A DNA stretch of 64,000 bases from Styela clava (taxonomy: Eukaryota): NCBI RefSeq assembly GCF_964204865.1, contig NC_135259.1:12834001-12898000 (forward strand). Direction: 5' to 3'. Under the pieces are notes generated by a model. It was not told where the DNA came from. It saw only the letters and a program-made list of their open reading frames with translations, and did no database searches. A program made the translations under genes and the position numbers. Below, one piece after another: positions 1 to 16,989 of the stretch. The first letter of the stretch is position 1; each line of letters begins with the position of its first letter.

Positions 1-1533
1 CGCTGGTTTTTGGTGTGGTATATGGCACCCAAGATCCAGTGAATCTGATTTTATGGCTGCGGCTTAGCAATAACCTGTACCAATTGACAAAAAGAAATTT
101 ATTATAATAGGTGATATTAATATTAACTTGTTAAGCACCTCAATATTTACAAAAAACCCAAAGCATTCTTCAGTTTGAATGCTGATAATTCGAATTCATA
201 TTTTGACGATTTTATTTCTAAAGTCTTAATTGTGTGTGATAAGCATGCACCATTAAGAAAACTAACTAGAAAGGAACGTAGTCGAGAGAGAAAACCTTGG
301 ATAACAACTTGCATTTTGCGCTCGACTAAAGTTAGAGACAAATAGCATAATACTCATTTTATTAACGGATCCCCTGAACAAAAACAGCACTATAAGCAAC
401 AAATTCAAAATGAAAGCTAAGGAGATATATTTTGCCAAGCGCTTTAAAAATAATATAAATGATCCAAAAAAGACTTGTAGTACGATGAATTCTTTAATAA
501 ATTCGAAATCAAACATTAATGTTCCTCAAAAATTAATCGAACAGCATTCAATTAGTCGTTAATTACAGTGGACTAATATTAAGAATGTTCAATGGGTATT
601 TTTCACAGATTGGACAAACATTGTCTTAGGCATTTCACGATGTAAGCGATAATGAGCATCTGAAATTCATGACAAACAAGTCGTCCACGTTTATTGAAGA
701 TGCCTCGTTGAATGAGGTAGTATATATAATCAATTCTTTAAAAACTAACAAAGCAACTGGGTATGACCATATACCAGCTTATCTCCTGAATCTTCTCTGT
801 AGTACAATAAGTCCCATGCTCAGTAAACTCTCCAATTTCAATTATTTTATGGTTTATTTCCAGATTATCTTAAAGTTGCCAGGGTTGTTTCGTTTGTTCC
901 TGTATATAAATCTGGAAAAAAAATAATATATTCAATTATCGACTCATCTCTATACTTTCATGCTTTTCTATTGTTTTTAGAAAAGTTTATGCTTACTCGC
1001 CTCCAAAATTTTCTAAATAAACTTTCGTAATCATCATTCAACTACACAAGCAATTCTTCTAGATATTATTAGTAAATATTATGAAATCGTTGATAAGGGT
1101 TTGATTGGCTGTAGTATATTTTTGGATTTAAAAAAGAATTCGACACAGTTGTATACAAAATACTTTTAAGCGAATAGAAACTTTATGGGATTCGGCGCTC
1201 CCGTAGGATGTGCAACAAGATGGCAAACAACGGGACGTAGTATGTGTACCAGGTTGGAATTAGGCCATAATTTTATTCCAATTTTCCTTATTTTAGTTCT
1301 GTTACGAGTTTGTGGACTAGCCAAGTGACTCCCGTAGTATTTGTACCTGAAATTATGGCCTAACCCTAACCTGGTACACATACTACGTCCCGGGGTCCGC
1401 CATCTTGGTTCACATACTATTCTACATGAGTACCCTATTTTCTAGTTACCTGCACGGTCGAAATCAATTTGTCACTGTCTTTGCCAATGAATCACCTCAT
1501 CAACTTGTTTCTGTCGGCGTGCCCAAGGGCTCA
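1..1533 (+). mobile_element. Decayed non-LTR retrotransposon (CR1/L2-like LINE) ORF2, 5' part: endonuclease and RT remnants
   Basis: Broken-frame motifs: FIIIGDININLL (~97-135, APE endonuclease GDxN), KPWITT (~292), KATGYDHIP (ORF 669-926), NYRLISIL (~935), FLDLKK.FDTV (~1120) and GVPKGS (1516-1533). Many stops and frameshifts; interrupted by a MITE at 1194-1434. Confidence 0.85.
1194..1434. mobile_element. Palindromic MITE inserted in the LINE remnant
   Basis: Perfect 25-bp inverted repeat CGGGACGTAGTATGTGTACCAGGTT (1231-1255) / AACCTGGTACACATACTACGTCCCG (1368-1392), plus outer imperfect arms (CAAGATGGC / GCCATCTTG). Related sequence occurs at 32641-32830 and 60108-60292. Confidence 0.75.
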
Positions 1534-1629
1534 CCCAGATAGCACAACTACGTCGGAACAACCATGGCCGAACGTTGTTCGAACCACCGGCCCAATAATG
1601 GCGAACAACCATGTTCCAGCGAAGATTTG

Positions 1630-1850
1630 GCCGCTGGGCCAACGTCGGTCCTTTCGCTGTAATGCAACCGTGGCAAATGGTCGGGCCAACGTAGGCGATA
1701 CGTTGTATCACAATCGTGAAATATGGCCGGTCCAACGTTGGCGATACGTTGTAACACAATCGTGACATATGGCCGGGCCTACGTAGGTGACATGTTGTAA
1801 TACAATCGTGGCACATGGTCGGGCCAAGTTAGGCGATGTGTTGTACAGAC
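1630..1850. repeat. Subterminal tandem repeat, ~46-bp unit x ~5
   Basis: GGCCAACGTWGGCGA-like anchor recurs at 1639, 1686, 1732, 1778 and 1824 (spacing 46-47 bp) inside the left end of the CCCAG element. Confidence 0.85.
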
Positions 1851-3029
1851 AGTGTATGGATCTATACTACATAGAAATTTCCCACTAATCTAACATTATT
1901 TATATAATAAAAAACAAAAGATAACAAAATGTCTTTATTTTACAAATATGTATACATGTAATAAAATTAATCGGAGTTCGTTGCCAGATCATCCATAGCT
2001 GAAAAATATAAAAATTCTGTGTTAAATTGCAGTATTAGCAAATTACAGCACCAGAGTTCAAAGCCTAGTCTGAATAACTGCATCCCAACAAATTTTCAGA
2101 GTAGGAATCTTAAGCCAAGTTTCTGCAGTCGCAAATGTGTGAGTGAAGCTTACATTGACAAGACAATAATAATTGAGAAATACAGAAATTCTTGATTCCG
2201 CAAGGGGGGCGTAGACAATGTTTTGATGGGAATATTTGTTGGAGGGAATAATGATGATTTGAGATTTTATCTGACTAAAATGTCTTCAAATATTCCTTGT
2301 TGAAATTCATCTATATTATTAGAAACATCATGCACCATGATTAGTCTATTTGTTTAATAGATTTACAATAAATTTATTTGTAACTTCATCATTTGCTGTT
2401 GTGCTAGGGGGGGATGATAATGTAAAAAGTACTGTACGGGAGCGATGATACAAATAAGTTCGAAAACCACTGTTCGCCATTATGCACCAAACTCTGGCAA
2501 CATTGGATTGGCAATTTGGCACTTGACTCTAACCATAATCAGCTTGGCGATATTTCCTTAATAAATATTTTTCTATACTGTTCACTTTTGTATACAAAAT
2601 CTACATTCAATTTCTTTACTGTTCACAGTTGTTTACAAAATTATTACTCAATTTGACAATCATAATGATAAAAATGAATGGTGTGGCAACTGGCAAGTAC
2701 ATTTTGTTTACTACCAAACTTATCTAAATTTTCTCGCCTGTTTTTATTTTATTATATCTCTGTTGTTGTTGTGTGTGAGTAACTTAATTTAATTCATGAA
2801 CACGATAGGCATCTTTTTGGCAAAACCTTATATTCTTTACGCTTCAATCTTAATTAAGGTTTTGTTTTCACTCCAGATTGTCAGATTCTATTTAATCAAT
2901 TTTTGTTCATTTCCCGTATGAATTATCTTAAGCTGATTTGGAGTCAAAATAATCTTATACTTATAAAATAGAAGAGGGTAGAGCAGAGAAAGATGGTGGT
3001 ACAATATGATAAACATATTACATACGTAC

Positions 3030-3185
3030 CTTTAATAGCAGAAACTAAGGGCGTCCCACTCACTCCTTATCCACCGCGTCCTGCACAGTTGAAAGAGCGG
3101 GAGAGTAAATTTGTTATAACTGAGCTCATGATTCTCCAATCCAGTCTTTCTCGGAGCAACCTCCAAGACTTGACAAATATCTTAT
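3030..3185 (-). pseudogene. Decayed exon of a DUF4806 (BEN-like) accessory gene carried by the CCCAG element
   Basis: Bounded by ttccag| and |gtacgt on the minus strand. Translates IRYLSSLGGCSEKD../WRIMSSVITNLLSRSFNCAGRGG*GVSGTPLVSAIK, matching the LxxxGG..RIM..xTN....FNxxGR pattern of DUF4806 proteins. Contains one frameshift and one stop. A second decayed exon with splice sites lies at ~3962-4164. Confidence 0.6.
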
Positions 3186-4281
3186 CTGGAATGAGTAAAT
3201 AAGCCCAATTATAAGAATACATCTAATGAAAAGGTTTCCATCCGTTGCAAAAGCTCTATGTTAAATTATCGCGAGTATCTACTCTAAAATATACACATAT
3301 GTGTTTTGTCCACATCCCATTCGTATAAAAGTGAACAATTTTAATATTGCAATCAGATCGTATTTAGACATTTAAATAACCTTCCTTGAACACGAAGCGA
3401 AAATATTGGGCATATTGTATTTCATACATAAATTCGAAGCGCTTCATGCAGTCAAAAACAAAACGACAAAAAATAAAAGGCACTCAATAAGATGAGACCC
3501 AGCAAGGGTATTTTCACCTATTTTACTTTCATGTTCTGTTTAGCTTTCCAATTAATTATGGAGTAATCTGCAATATTTTAACATTGTACTAAAACTAAAC
3601 AAATATTCTGAATCTCAGAGATTTTTACATCGTGGTCTTCATACGATGGCATGTGTTACCGGTCAGCGAACTCTTAAATTAATTTTGCTTGCCCACTGGC
3701 CGCTGGGGTAAAAAGGTTGGGAACCACTGAACTAAACAGTTAAGTACAAGTACAACCACGTTGCACTAATGCCCCGCAAACTTACAGTCGATTTTCATCA
3801 GAAAGATTGAATAGAATAAATTGATTTTTACTGTTTTCTCGTTGTGGGGTCACAAGTATCTGTAGTCTGTGATTTTACAAAAATTGGGGTCGCGGAAAAA
3901 AAAGTTTGGGAACCACTGCCGTAAAGTGTATGTAATCAGCCTGTAAAAGTATTCAACTCACGAGCGATTTTTTCATCCTTGAATGTTTTCTGGATCAAAA
4001 TGTAATCAGACAATGAATTGACAATGAATTTCATCAATTCCTTTATGTCCGAGTCCACACTATAATCAGTGGAAAGTTGCAGATGCCGTAGCTTGTAGCA
4101 TAAGAGTTTCTACCGCCTGTCCCAACAATTTTTCCATGGACTGGATTGGAGCATGGCTTGATCTCTGAAAATCAAGTTAGTGTTACACAATATATAGTAC
4201 ATGATTGTCTTTCAGATGATAAACGTGAACGAATGGCCTATACTAATTACCAGAATATAAATTTTTCATTAATATTAGTTA

Positions 4282-4742
4282 CCGTATTTTCCGGCGAATA
4301 AGTCTACCCGGCGAATAAGACGAGGCCTGTTTTTAAGCCTGAAAAAATGGGTTTTTGCATATAACCGGCCGATGAGTCGGGGTAGTAAAATCGCATCAAC
4401 GTCGGGAATCTTAAATTACCATGCAATGCCTTTCGAGCGGTTGCCGCGTTTGCGCATTGGTTAAAATAGCCTATGACTTTTTTTTATAGCGTAATATTCA
4501 GTCCATATATGATAATCACAGCATTGAAATTTCAGATTCACAGCACGAGAATGTCGATTTAATTAAACTAACCTGATGAGGACGTGGGGGATGCTATTGC
4601 CGAAGGTATTTTATTGTCCGGGTTCAATAATAGGGCAACAAAAAAATGAAAATGATCATACTCGCCTAATAAGACGACCCCCCCCGAAAATCAGGCTAAA
4701 AATTTGGGTCTAGAAAAGCGACTTATTCGCCGGAAAATACAG
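4282..4742. mobile_element. Tc1/mariner (pogo/Tigger-like) MITE
   Basis: TIR CCGTATTTTCCGGCGAATAAGTC / GACTTATTCGCCGGAAAATACAG, flanked by TA at 4280-4281 and 4743-4744. Confidence 0.88.
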
Positions 4743-5797
4743 TATTAACCACATGATGTTGTACTAGGTAATTATTCAACCGATCTATCTAGCTATTGTG
4801 CAATATTTTATGGCACAGGTATGCAAGGAGCTACTATCAAACTATGAAACAAAAGCACCTGTTTTGGGCATTGTCCGCATTGAAACATTGAGATACTTGA
4901 AATGACACAGTGTATGATTGCGTGAAAGAGGGAATTGAAGCAGGTGAATTTTCCAGTCCATTGTCATAGGGCCTATTATAAAAATGGTATATATCATTAA
5001 ACTTACAATGGTAATATTGACACTTGACAGAATATCTAATCGGTAATAATTATTTAGAACCGGAAAAAAAATGGATATTACACAAAATATGTCCAAATAT
5101 TTGTAAAGGATGTGTCGTACAATACTTCATGCTTTTAGAGTCGCTGGGCATTGCACAGTTGCATGCACATTCGGCAGTCATTGTACAGAGATGGGCTTCC
5201 CCCCAATCGCCCGAATCTTTTTTGCTAGCGGTCTACTTTCCAATTCACTTTAAAATATAATAACACTTAATTAAGGTTGGTTGGGTAAGATTACATAGCA
5301 TACATACTGAAAATAAATCATATTAATATATATGATTAGATTACCCAATATAATTCTATTGAATTTTAAAACAAAATAGATATTATTCAAAAATCAGTAA
5401 TTTATTTCTCAACAAAGCTGAAAATATGAACTAGAGCAGGGTTGGACAAAGTTCTCGGACCTCGGACAAAAATTGAAAAAAAATTTAAAGTGTTACAAAA
5501 ACAAAAAGGGAAAACAATAATCCTTGAGCTATTTTTTACCCAAAAACATCAAATTTTAGTTTCAGTTTGATTGTGGCAATTGTTAAAACATATTTTAGAT
5601 TTCAGCCAATTGAGATCTGTATTTAGATTTGTTGAAATTCATCAGACAGAAGGTTCACAAATGTACAACTATTCAGATTACTGGATTAAGTCGTTCAACG
5701 GGTTGGATTTGGGCTGCGGAAATGTTTGCACTTATACAAATAAAGTAAATATAAAAAATTAGGCTATATCCAGGGATGAAGGACCAATACCGGTATC

Positions 5798-6147
5798 GGT
5801 ACTCGATAACGAATACTGGTAAATAAGAGATGGCAACCTCAGAAAGTTTAACAAAAAAATGTGCCAAAAGACCAAGTACCGGTACGGTAACGTACTGTAC
5901 GGTACCTCATCTCGTTCTGTCGTTACCAGTACCTATGGTGTCCAGGATAAATATGTAACTTTTACCGGTATCTACCATAGGTACCGGTACTCGATAACGA
6001 ATACTGGTAAATGAGAGATGGCAACCTAAAAAAGTTTAACAAAAAAATGCCAAAAGACCAAGCACGGTACCGTACCTCATCTCGTTCTGCCGTTACCGGT
6101 ACCTACCGTACGGTGTCCAGGGATAAATATGTAACTTTTACCCGTAT
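5798..6147. repeat. Tandem duplication, ~188-bp period x2
   Basis: GGTACTCGATAACGAATACTGGTAAAT...ATATGTAACTTTTACC starts at 5798 and again at 5986. The copies differ mainly by short insertions at TA dinucleotides. Confidence 0.85.
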
Positions 6148-6511
6148 GGTACCCTATCACCCTTATGAACCGTGACCTGACAACGCACTTAGAGTACCGG
6201 TACCATGAGATTAACTTACACGGTTACAACTAGGCTATCTCTACTTTCGCCATTCTACTATGAAAGCATAAAAAGTTCAATGTCACTGTCCCATCCACGG
6301 CAAAAACTCGTAACAGGCTATCGATTACGAGTACCGCCAAAATGAATGGCGACCTCATGTGCTATATTCGAATCGCGCGCGCATTTCTTCGCATAATGGA
6401 GTGTTTCGTTGAAGGCCAATCATGGCCTTACCATGGTAAATGGTTGTAAAACCGCGTACAACGGTTGCCGGCGGATTATAACGTTGGCCCAACGTAGTTG
6501 TGCTATCTGGG

Positions 6512-6935
6512 CAGTTATTGACCCGAACTTTTTTCTGGTTTATATAAATGATGTAGGCCTAGTTGAAGAATAACATCAATAGCAATTGATTTGTCCAGGC
6601 AAGTTGAAAAATACTTACAAAATATTTCCAAATGGATGAAATCTAACCATAAAGTTAAGTTAACCATAAATCCTTACTAAACACAAGTACTATTAATAAA
6701 TCATCCCTGTAATATAAATATTAAGTATGCACCTAGTCTCAATTTTACTCAAGTGGTGTTAAATTAAAAGTACATGACGCTGATAAATACCTTGGAATAT
6801 TCATATATAACACGCTTAAATGGGACCAACACATCAACTACCTTAAACTGAAACTGTCCAGGCTATAGGAATAATGACAAGGATAAAATACGTGATTCCT
6901 AAAAAAATTATGCGAACTGTTTACTTTTCTCTCTT
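6512..6935 (+). mobile_element. Decayed LINE ORF2, 3' part (continuation of 1-1533)
   Basis: VIDPNFFLVYIND directly after the TSD, then SKWMKSN (~6628), KYLGIFI (~6785) and KLSRAIGIMTRIKYVIPKKIMRTVYFSL (~6850-6935), typical of CR1/L2 RT C-termini. Confidence 0.8.
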
Positions 6936-6953
6936 ACTTGCACCTACAGCATG

Positions 6954-8215
6954 TTATTGGACACGAAGTGGACATAACGATCGTTTCATTATTATGTTGT
7001 TGTTGTTGTTGTTCTTGTTCTTGTTCTTTGACACGTTTTTAAAAAGTCGCTTTTGTCTTGGAATACTGGACCAATTGCTTTGAAATTTTCAGTGGTTGCA
7101 GATAAAATTTTTCTCCAGAAGGCTATTACTTTTATTTATTTTAAAATTTCCTGTGGACTTCGAGAGATTCGTTTTTTGTGTTCAAAGAAGTGATCAGAAT
7201 AAAAAATAGTGACACCTTGTGGCCATTGCGCGAAGGCATATCAACTGAGAAGCGATCGTAATTCTTGCTCCGCTAAGAGTTGTTTATGGGGAATCGAGAT
7301 GTTTGGGGTTACCGGTACCCGCAATGCAGCAATGCAACGGTTTGCGATTTCAATAAACTCGAAAGGTTTTTGAGGTTAAGTTAAACTACCGGTACTGTTT
7401 CGCTCGGTGTTCAATCAATCAATGTTCACTTTCCATATATTTCAGTATTTGTAGACTGTGGTTCCCGTGTTAAGCGAAAGTGATACCGGTAACGGTACGA
7501 TAGCTGGGAAAGCTATGACAGTCCCTGTTTCCTGTACGGCACGTACCGGTACCGTTTACAGGTTTACGTACCGTCTTACCGATACCGGTACCGTAGTCCG
7601 TTACGGTACGTACCGGTACAGCTGTACAGGTACGATATCGGTAGACTAGTACAGTATTACTGTACTAGTTGCATTAATTATATTTGTTTAGAGTGTGTGC
7701 CTGCATTGAAATTAAGTTTTTGTAATGAGCCAGCATGTCTGCACAGCTGCTATGCGTTTCTAATTTTTCGCTGTTTCGTTACATTTTTTTGGAAACAACA
7801 TTTGCATAAATACGTATGGTACCGGTACCATATGCAGAGGAAGAAACTTCACAAAAATTTCAAAATGTGCAGCAGGTTAGTGTACATAAATCAGTAAATA
7901 CAGAAATCTGCAGAGGAAGAGACTTTACAAAAAGGATAAGATTTACATGATTATCCCGATGGAGAGGAAAGCCTATAGAACGGCTTAACCATATTGCGAA
8001 CCACTGCCTCTTGTCTGGTTACCGATAAGGTACCATTCCAAGTCTGGTATGGCTGTATGGGAGAAGCATTACAATCTTTCCAATAGTGTTCAACATGTTA
8101 TGAAATATGGTGGTCGCGGTTTCATCAATGCAAAAAATATTTGCCGGTTTAACAGCGTGATGCAATTATTGCAAATAGTTTTCGTGTCCATATATTTGAG
8201 CATTGCTCTCTTGTT
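6954..8215 (+). mobile_element. Non-autonomous Helentron-associated element (HINE/DINE-like)
   Basis: 5' TTATTGGACACGAAGTGGACATAA followed by a (GTT)n/(CTTGTT)n microsatellite (~6995-7027). Matching inverted sub-terminal TTCGTGTCCA at 8181-8190, then a short hairpin GAGCA-T-TGCTC (8198-8208) and a T-rich end. This layout is the described HINE architecture. Confidence 0.65.
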
Positions 8216-8500
8216 GTGACATAGGGTTCCGCTGATAAAACTAGACTTGGATGACGGAGTCAGGTGGGGGTTAGAAATAATATATGCAAAATATACCTAA
8301 AATATGATTGAATATTTTACATATTGCAATTATTAATAATGTTTTATTATTTCTCAATTTAAATTAAGTGTATATAAATCAATTCATTCATTTTACCATT
8401 CTCTACTGAAATAAAATATGTTTGCGTAATAAAATGCAATGTCGGGCACTCATTATGCGTAAAAAAGAAACACAGAAAACATCTCACATAAAAACATGTA

Positions 8501-9156
8501 GGGGAAGGTGAGACACGGGGCATAGAGGAAAATCAGCTCTCACACTCATACTATATCCGGTATCAGGTCTGCGGTTCGGTGAGTTACAACGACCATGCAA
8601 ACGGTTAGCGACCGTGCAGAACGACGCAAGTTATGAGATGAAATTGGTTTTGGAGGGTCGAAACTAAAATTTCGCCCTCTCAGTCTTTTATTTTTCTACT
8701 TTAGGCTTTGCAACAGGACTAATCACTGTCTGGTTCTTTTTTTTAGTTTTAGTTCATACTGAAATATATATTTATACCGTTGGCTAATGGGTGTGCGTTC
8801 TTAGTAATATTTGTTTCCTATTTGGGCTTGCCCCATTGGGCACAAAGTTGAACATTGATTTAAATTATGATTTTTGCTTTTGCTTATTTTAAAGGGCATA
8901 TTCCGCTGAATTTAATAAACTGTCCCATTGTGCCCGCGGCCTGTTCGAATGATCCCCACAAGTGGGGTGCTGTTGAACGCTTTACAAATGTTTTTTAAAG
9001 CATTTTTGTGGCAAGATGTGTATCATCAGAGAATTTTTTAGTTGCTGAATAAAAACTACATTTACCCTTCTCTGCATTAGCCACGCGATGTCAAATGAAT
9101 GTGCAGATTATAGGGCTCAAAAGAAACAAAGTGTCCCAACCATCCACACTTCCCCC
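8501..9156. mobile_element. Degenerate MITE
   Basis: Imperfect TIR (TA)GGGGAAGGTG ... CACTTCCCCC(TG), with internal TGCCCCA/TGTCCCA repeats and no ORF. Confidence 0.45.
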
Positions 9157-10484
9157 TGCATGCTGAATCATGTACAAGCACAATTAACTCGATTGGCAAT
9201 TTTCTGCTGTTTCTGCAATATATCAGTTGATCGACGCCTCAAACAAAATCAATTTACAATACAAATTATTTTACAATGTCAAAGTCGTCGCTAACTTGAC
9301 ATCGCACAAGGCTCAAAACGCTGCTGTGTATCACCTGGAAAAGATCTCTGCGATCCTTTCGTTGCGCGTCTCGCGACCACCCACAGGGTCGCAACAAGTT
9401 AATGATTATTTACATATAGCCTACACAGTGGTGAGATTAAGCCGGTTCTATATGACCGTCTCACGGAATTTTGTTAGATCATCGAACCGGTTAGCACTAG
9501 GCTACTGGTTACTGTCAATGCTCTGTTTATAACAGAACCGGCGGAAAAAACATGACTTTCCTGAAGGAACCGGCTGACAAAAAATTTGGATTAGTAGCCT
9601 ACCTATAAGCGTCACGTGATTTATTGGTTTGGACAAAAATGATAGATCGGTATATGTGAGCCAGTTTGTAATTGTCAACTTTTCAAAACACTCTCAAAAG
9701 CAACGTTGAACTTGACCAGGGGAACGCACATAGCCTACACGCCGTCATAATGTTTCGGGATGGTAATTTTGGGAAGTCAATGAGAGAGTAGCCCCACCAC
9801 CTTATCCTAACCAATATGCCCAAAAGGCCCGGATTCAAAAATCACACGCTGTTTAAATAATTAACTTTCCAAATAAATCGGAACTAACCACGGCCTCCCC
9901 GAAACATTAACATAAAGAGAGGTTATATTTATATAAATATTCTGAAGCGTAAATGAATACAAATGAGCTTTTAGCACGAACAAAAAAATAAACAGAATAT
10001 GTATAAACATATACGACGTAAAGCTGAAAAAAATGTGGCTTATGCAACAAGGTCACCCTCGCAAAGATATAAAAAAATGGAATTAATACTAGTTGCTCGG
10101 CTAGTTCTATCTGATCTAGTGGATCTCGTTGAGTGGATGTATAATTTTAAGATAAATAAAAATTGATTTAACGTTAGATACGGCCAGCTCCTCGAGAAAA
10201 TTACTCAAAAAATACAAAATGAACAAATATAAAAATACTGTACTGTATTCCGCCTCGTAAGTCGGGACATGTGCTTATTTACCATTTAAAATTCTAAAGT
10301 ATATTCTTGCGCAATATTTATTTCAATTGTTTGAGCTCATAAATTTTATGATAATTTATATAAATGTGTTATATTATGTCACTTATGTGTTATATTGCAT
10401 CGCTATATTTCATACCTGATGCTGACTACTGGTTGTAAGAGCACAAATACAGAAAAATAGTACGATGAACAGCGGATGAATATA

Positions 10485-10560
10485 ATGACGTAAACTACGT
10501 AATCAAGTAATTCTCATGACTTGCGTCATACACAAAGCCACTTCCTTCTCTTTTGACTCG
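10485..10560 (+). promoter_or_regulatory. Candidate DDX5 core promoter: CRE/ATF-like sites and pyrimidine-rich initiator
   Basis: TGACGTAA (~10486) and TTGCGTCA (~10521) precede CACTTCCTTCTCTTTT (~10539-10554), about 110 bp upstream of the ATG. Motif-level evidence only. Confidence 0.35.
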
Positions 10561-10663
10561 CTGGACGGACTGTTTCGCTTTTCACCGCATATATTTATAT
10601 AATTCAACGTTTGAATCGTTAACTTCAGTTCGAGAATCTTTTTAATTTATATTATTTATCATC

Positions 10664-14979
<4,316 letters not shown>

Positions 14980-15254
14980 ATATATTATCTCTTTGGTGAC
15001 AGCTTAATGAAAAAGTCTGGAAGTATAGACTCGCGAGTGTGCTCCCCCAGAGCAAGCATCTTTTCTAATATTCATTCTTCGTCGTTTTTATTCTTCTGTT
15101 ATAAAGTAATTCCCATTGCGACTGCTGTTTTATTTATTTCCCGCATGCTTCAGGTTCACTCCTGCATGTTGCTGTAGGTTGTAGTCCCCTGTTCACCCAC
15201 TATTTGGTGTCCACACTTTTAAATACATGTATTGTTTTTACCCAATTCGCAAGA

Positions 15255-15260
15255 AATAAA
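15255..15260 (+). terminator. Candidate polyadenylation signal of DDX5
   Basis: First AATAAA after the stop codon, followed by T/GT-rich sequence. Confidence 0.5.
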
Positions 15261-15970
15261 AGGCTTTTCGTGTACATATCATCCTTGTGCTTTTCTTTAA
15301 TAAGCCTTAATGAAGTTTGGTTGGCAGCTCTTTCATTTATGTTGCTATTTGATGTGTGAAATTGTGGAATTTCCAGCTGATCTAATTGATTCGCTGCATA
15401 ATTTTAAACATTCCTTGATAATAGTCCTAAAGCTATTAGTTCTTACTCTATGGACTTTTTTGATCATGTGATAGTATTTGGAGATTTGTTTGGGGAAGTG
15501 AAAGTACATAAGCTAAAATGGATCTGTGGAACCTGGATTACATAAGTTATTTTGATCATTCCGATTGAACCACTCTTGATAAACCTTAAACATGGGAGAT
15601 TTTTGATCTTTGACAAAGTTTTACCTAGAAGAGTACCTATGTTGTTGCCATAAGACAGTATTAAAGGGGAGAATAGTGAACCTTGTTCCACAAAATAGTG
15701 AGCATGTATGGAGGATTTCGTGAGAATCTGTTTTTTTTTCAGACTATAATCTAACGAAACAAATGCTAATCATGGAAAAAGTTTTTTATATTCTTCATAT
15801 CTACCACAAATTTTATAATCTAACTGTTACCTGGCCTACCATAACTAATATACAATCTTGTAATGAATATTTTCAAGAGTACAAGATATAAATCTATGTA
15901 TTTACAACGAACAGGACAACAAATTTATAAAAATTCTTGACTGCAGCAAATTATTATTTTATGCTAGCAA

Positions 15971-16883
15971 TCATGAACATTTCCAAACAGTGATTGCTGT
16001 ACTACCAGCAAAAAACATATATAAAATGTTCTTCATTTCATGAGTGATTTCAAAACCATAACCTTCCCCGACAATTGCGTGCCATGATGATCCAAACTTC
16101 TTGTCCATACTTTCTTTAATCATTTTGGCTGCATTCTTGAAAGAAAAGAACAAGATTAGTTGGTGAAACTTAATAAACGGATATGCTTCAAACCAACAGT
16201 ACAAAAAATTTTCCCACGCGATTTTGACATTCAAGAAATCCAACATGTGAATGAAAACAAATTTGATAGACAAAGCGTTTTTTTTTTCATCTTTGACATA
16301 TTGCTAATTTGAGAGTTGGTTGCTAAAAGACGCAGTTTTTATAGTATGCAGATTATTTAAATTGATAAGGATTTGCAAAGTCAATTCAACCCTGTTTTTT
16401 ATTCCACATAATTCGAAACGAGTATATCCTACAGGTTGTGGAGTTCACATAGACACATGTGTTTATAATACCACACAATATAGTGTTCTGTACAAAGCTA
16501 GTAAACCGTGAAAAATACAGCCATGGCCAAAAGCGGAAAACAAGGGTTATAGCCATTGAAAATAAAACTGTAAGAGGGAAATGAGAAGTCCCTATCTACT
16601 CGTGTGTAGTAAATTTGGGTAAGTTACCTCGTTGTTGGCGGCAAATTTTTCACATGCTGTTACACATAATTCCATTGCTTCTACTCTCATTTCTTCAGGC
16701 ATATCAGTGTGCTGGAATAAAGTTATAAAGTAAAAGGCAAAAGGGGGTTGTTATTACTACTACGGTACAGGTAGTGCACCAAGCTAAAATATGTTTAAAT
16801 TGACTCACCCTAATTAGAGGGTAACTATGTAGTCTTCTGTAGTCATGAGCTTCTTCTTTTTTCGTTTCAGCTGCTTCCGTCAT
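15971..16883 (-). CDS. DNAL4: Dynein axonemal light chain 4, 3 exons, 107 aa
   Basis: Exons 16883-16809 (MTEAAETKKEEAHDYRRLHSYPLIR), 16711-16628 (HTDMPEEMRVEAMELCVTACEKFAANNE) and 16135-15971 (NAAKMIKESMDKKFGSSWH...VWKCS*). GT-AG introns; very close to vertebrate DNAL4. Confidence 0.96.
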
Positions 16884-16975
16884 GTTTAAATTTCAAGAAT
16901 TATAACAGAAATATCAAAAATTAGGCGAAAACGAACGAAATGACCACTCAAGCCGTCAATCACTGAAGCGAGTCT

Positions 16976-16989
16976 GTTGTTATGACGAT
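16976..16989. promoter_or_regulatory. RFX X-box-like motif in the DNAL4/TERB1 divergent promoter
   Basis: GTTGTTATGACGAT resembles the X-box GTTGCCATGGCAAC and lies 93 bp upstream of the ATG of a ciliary gene. Confidence 0.45.

Larger units (their letters stand above)
1534..6511. mobile_element. Non-autonomous DNA transposon with CCCAG...CTGGG ends and 2-bp TSD (CMC/EnSpm-like)
   Basis: 20-bp TIR CCCAGATAGCACAACTACGT (from 1534) / ACGTAGTTGTGCTATCTGGG (to 6511). CA is duplicated at 1532-1533 and 6512-6513. Removing the element restores the RT motif GVPKGS-VIDPNFFLVYIND of the host LINE. Confidence 0.88.

Noticed and set aside
1469-1816. Overlapping ORFs of 69-114 aa on both strands
   Set aside because: By-products of the GC-richer 46-bp subterminal repeats; no protein motif.
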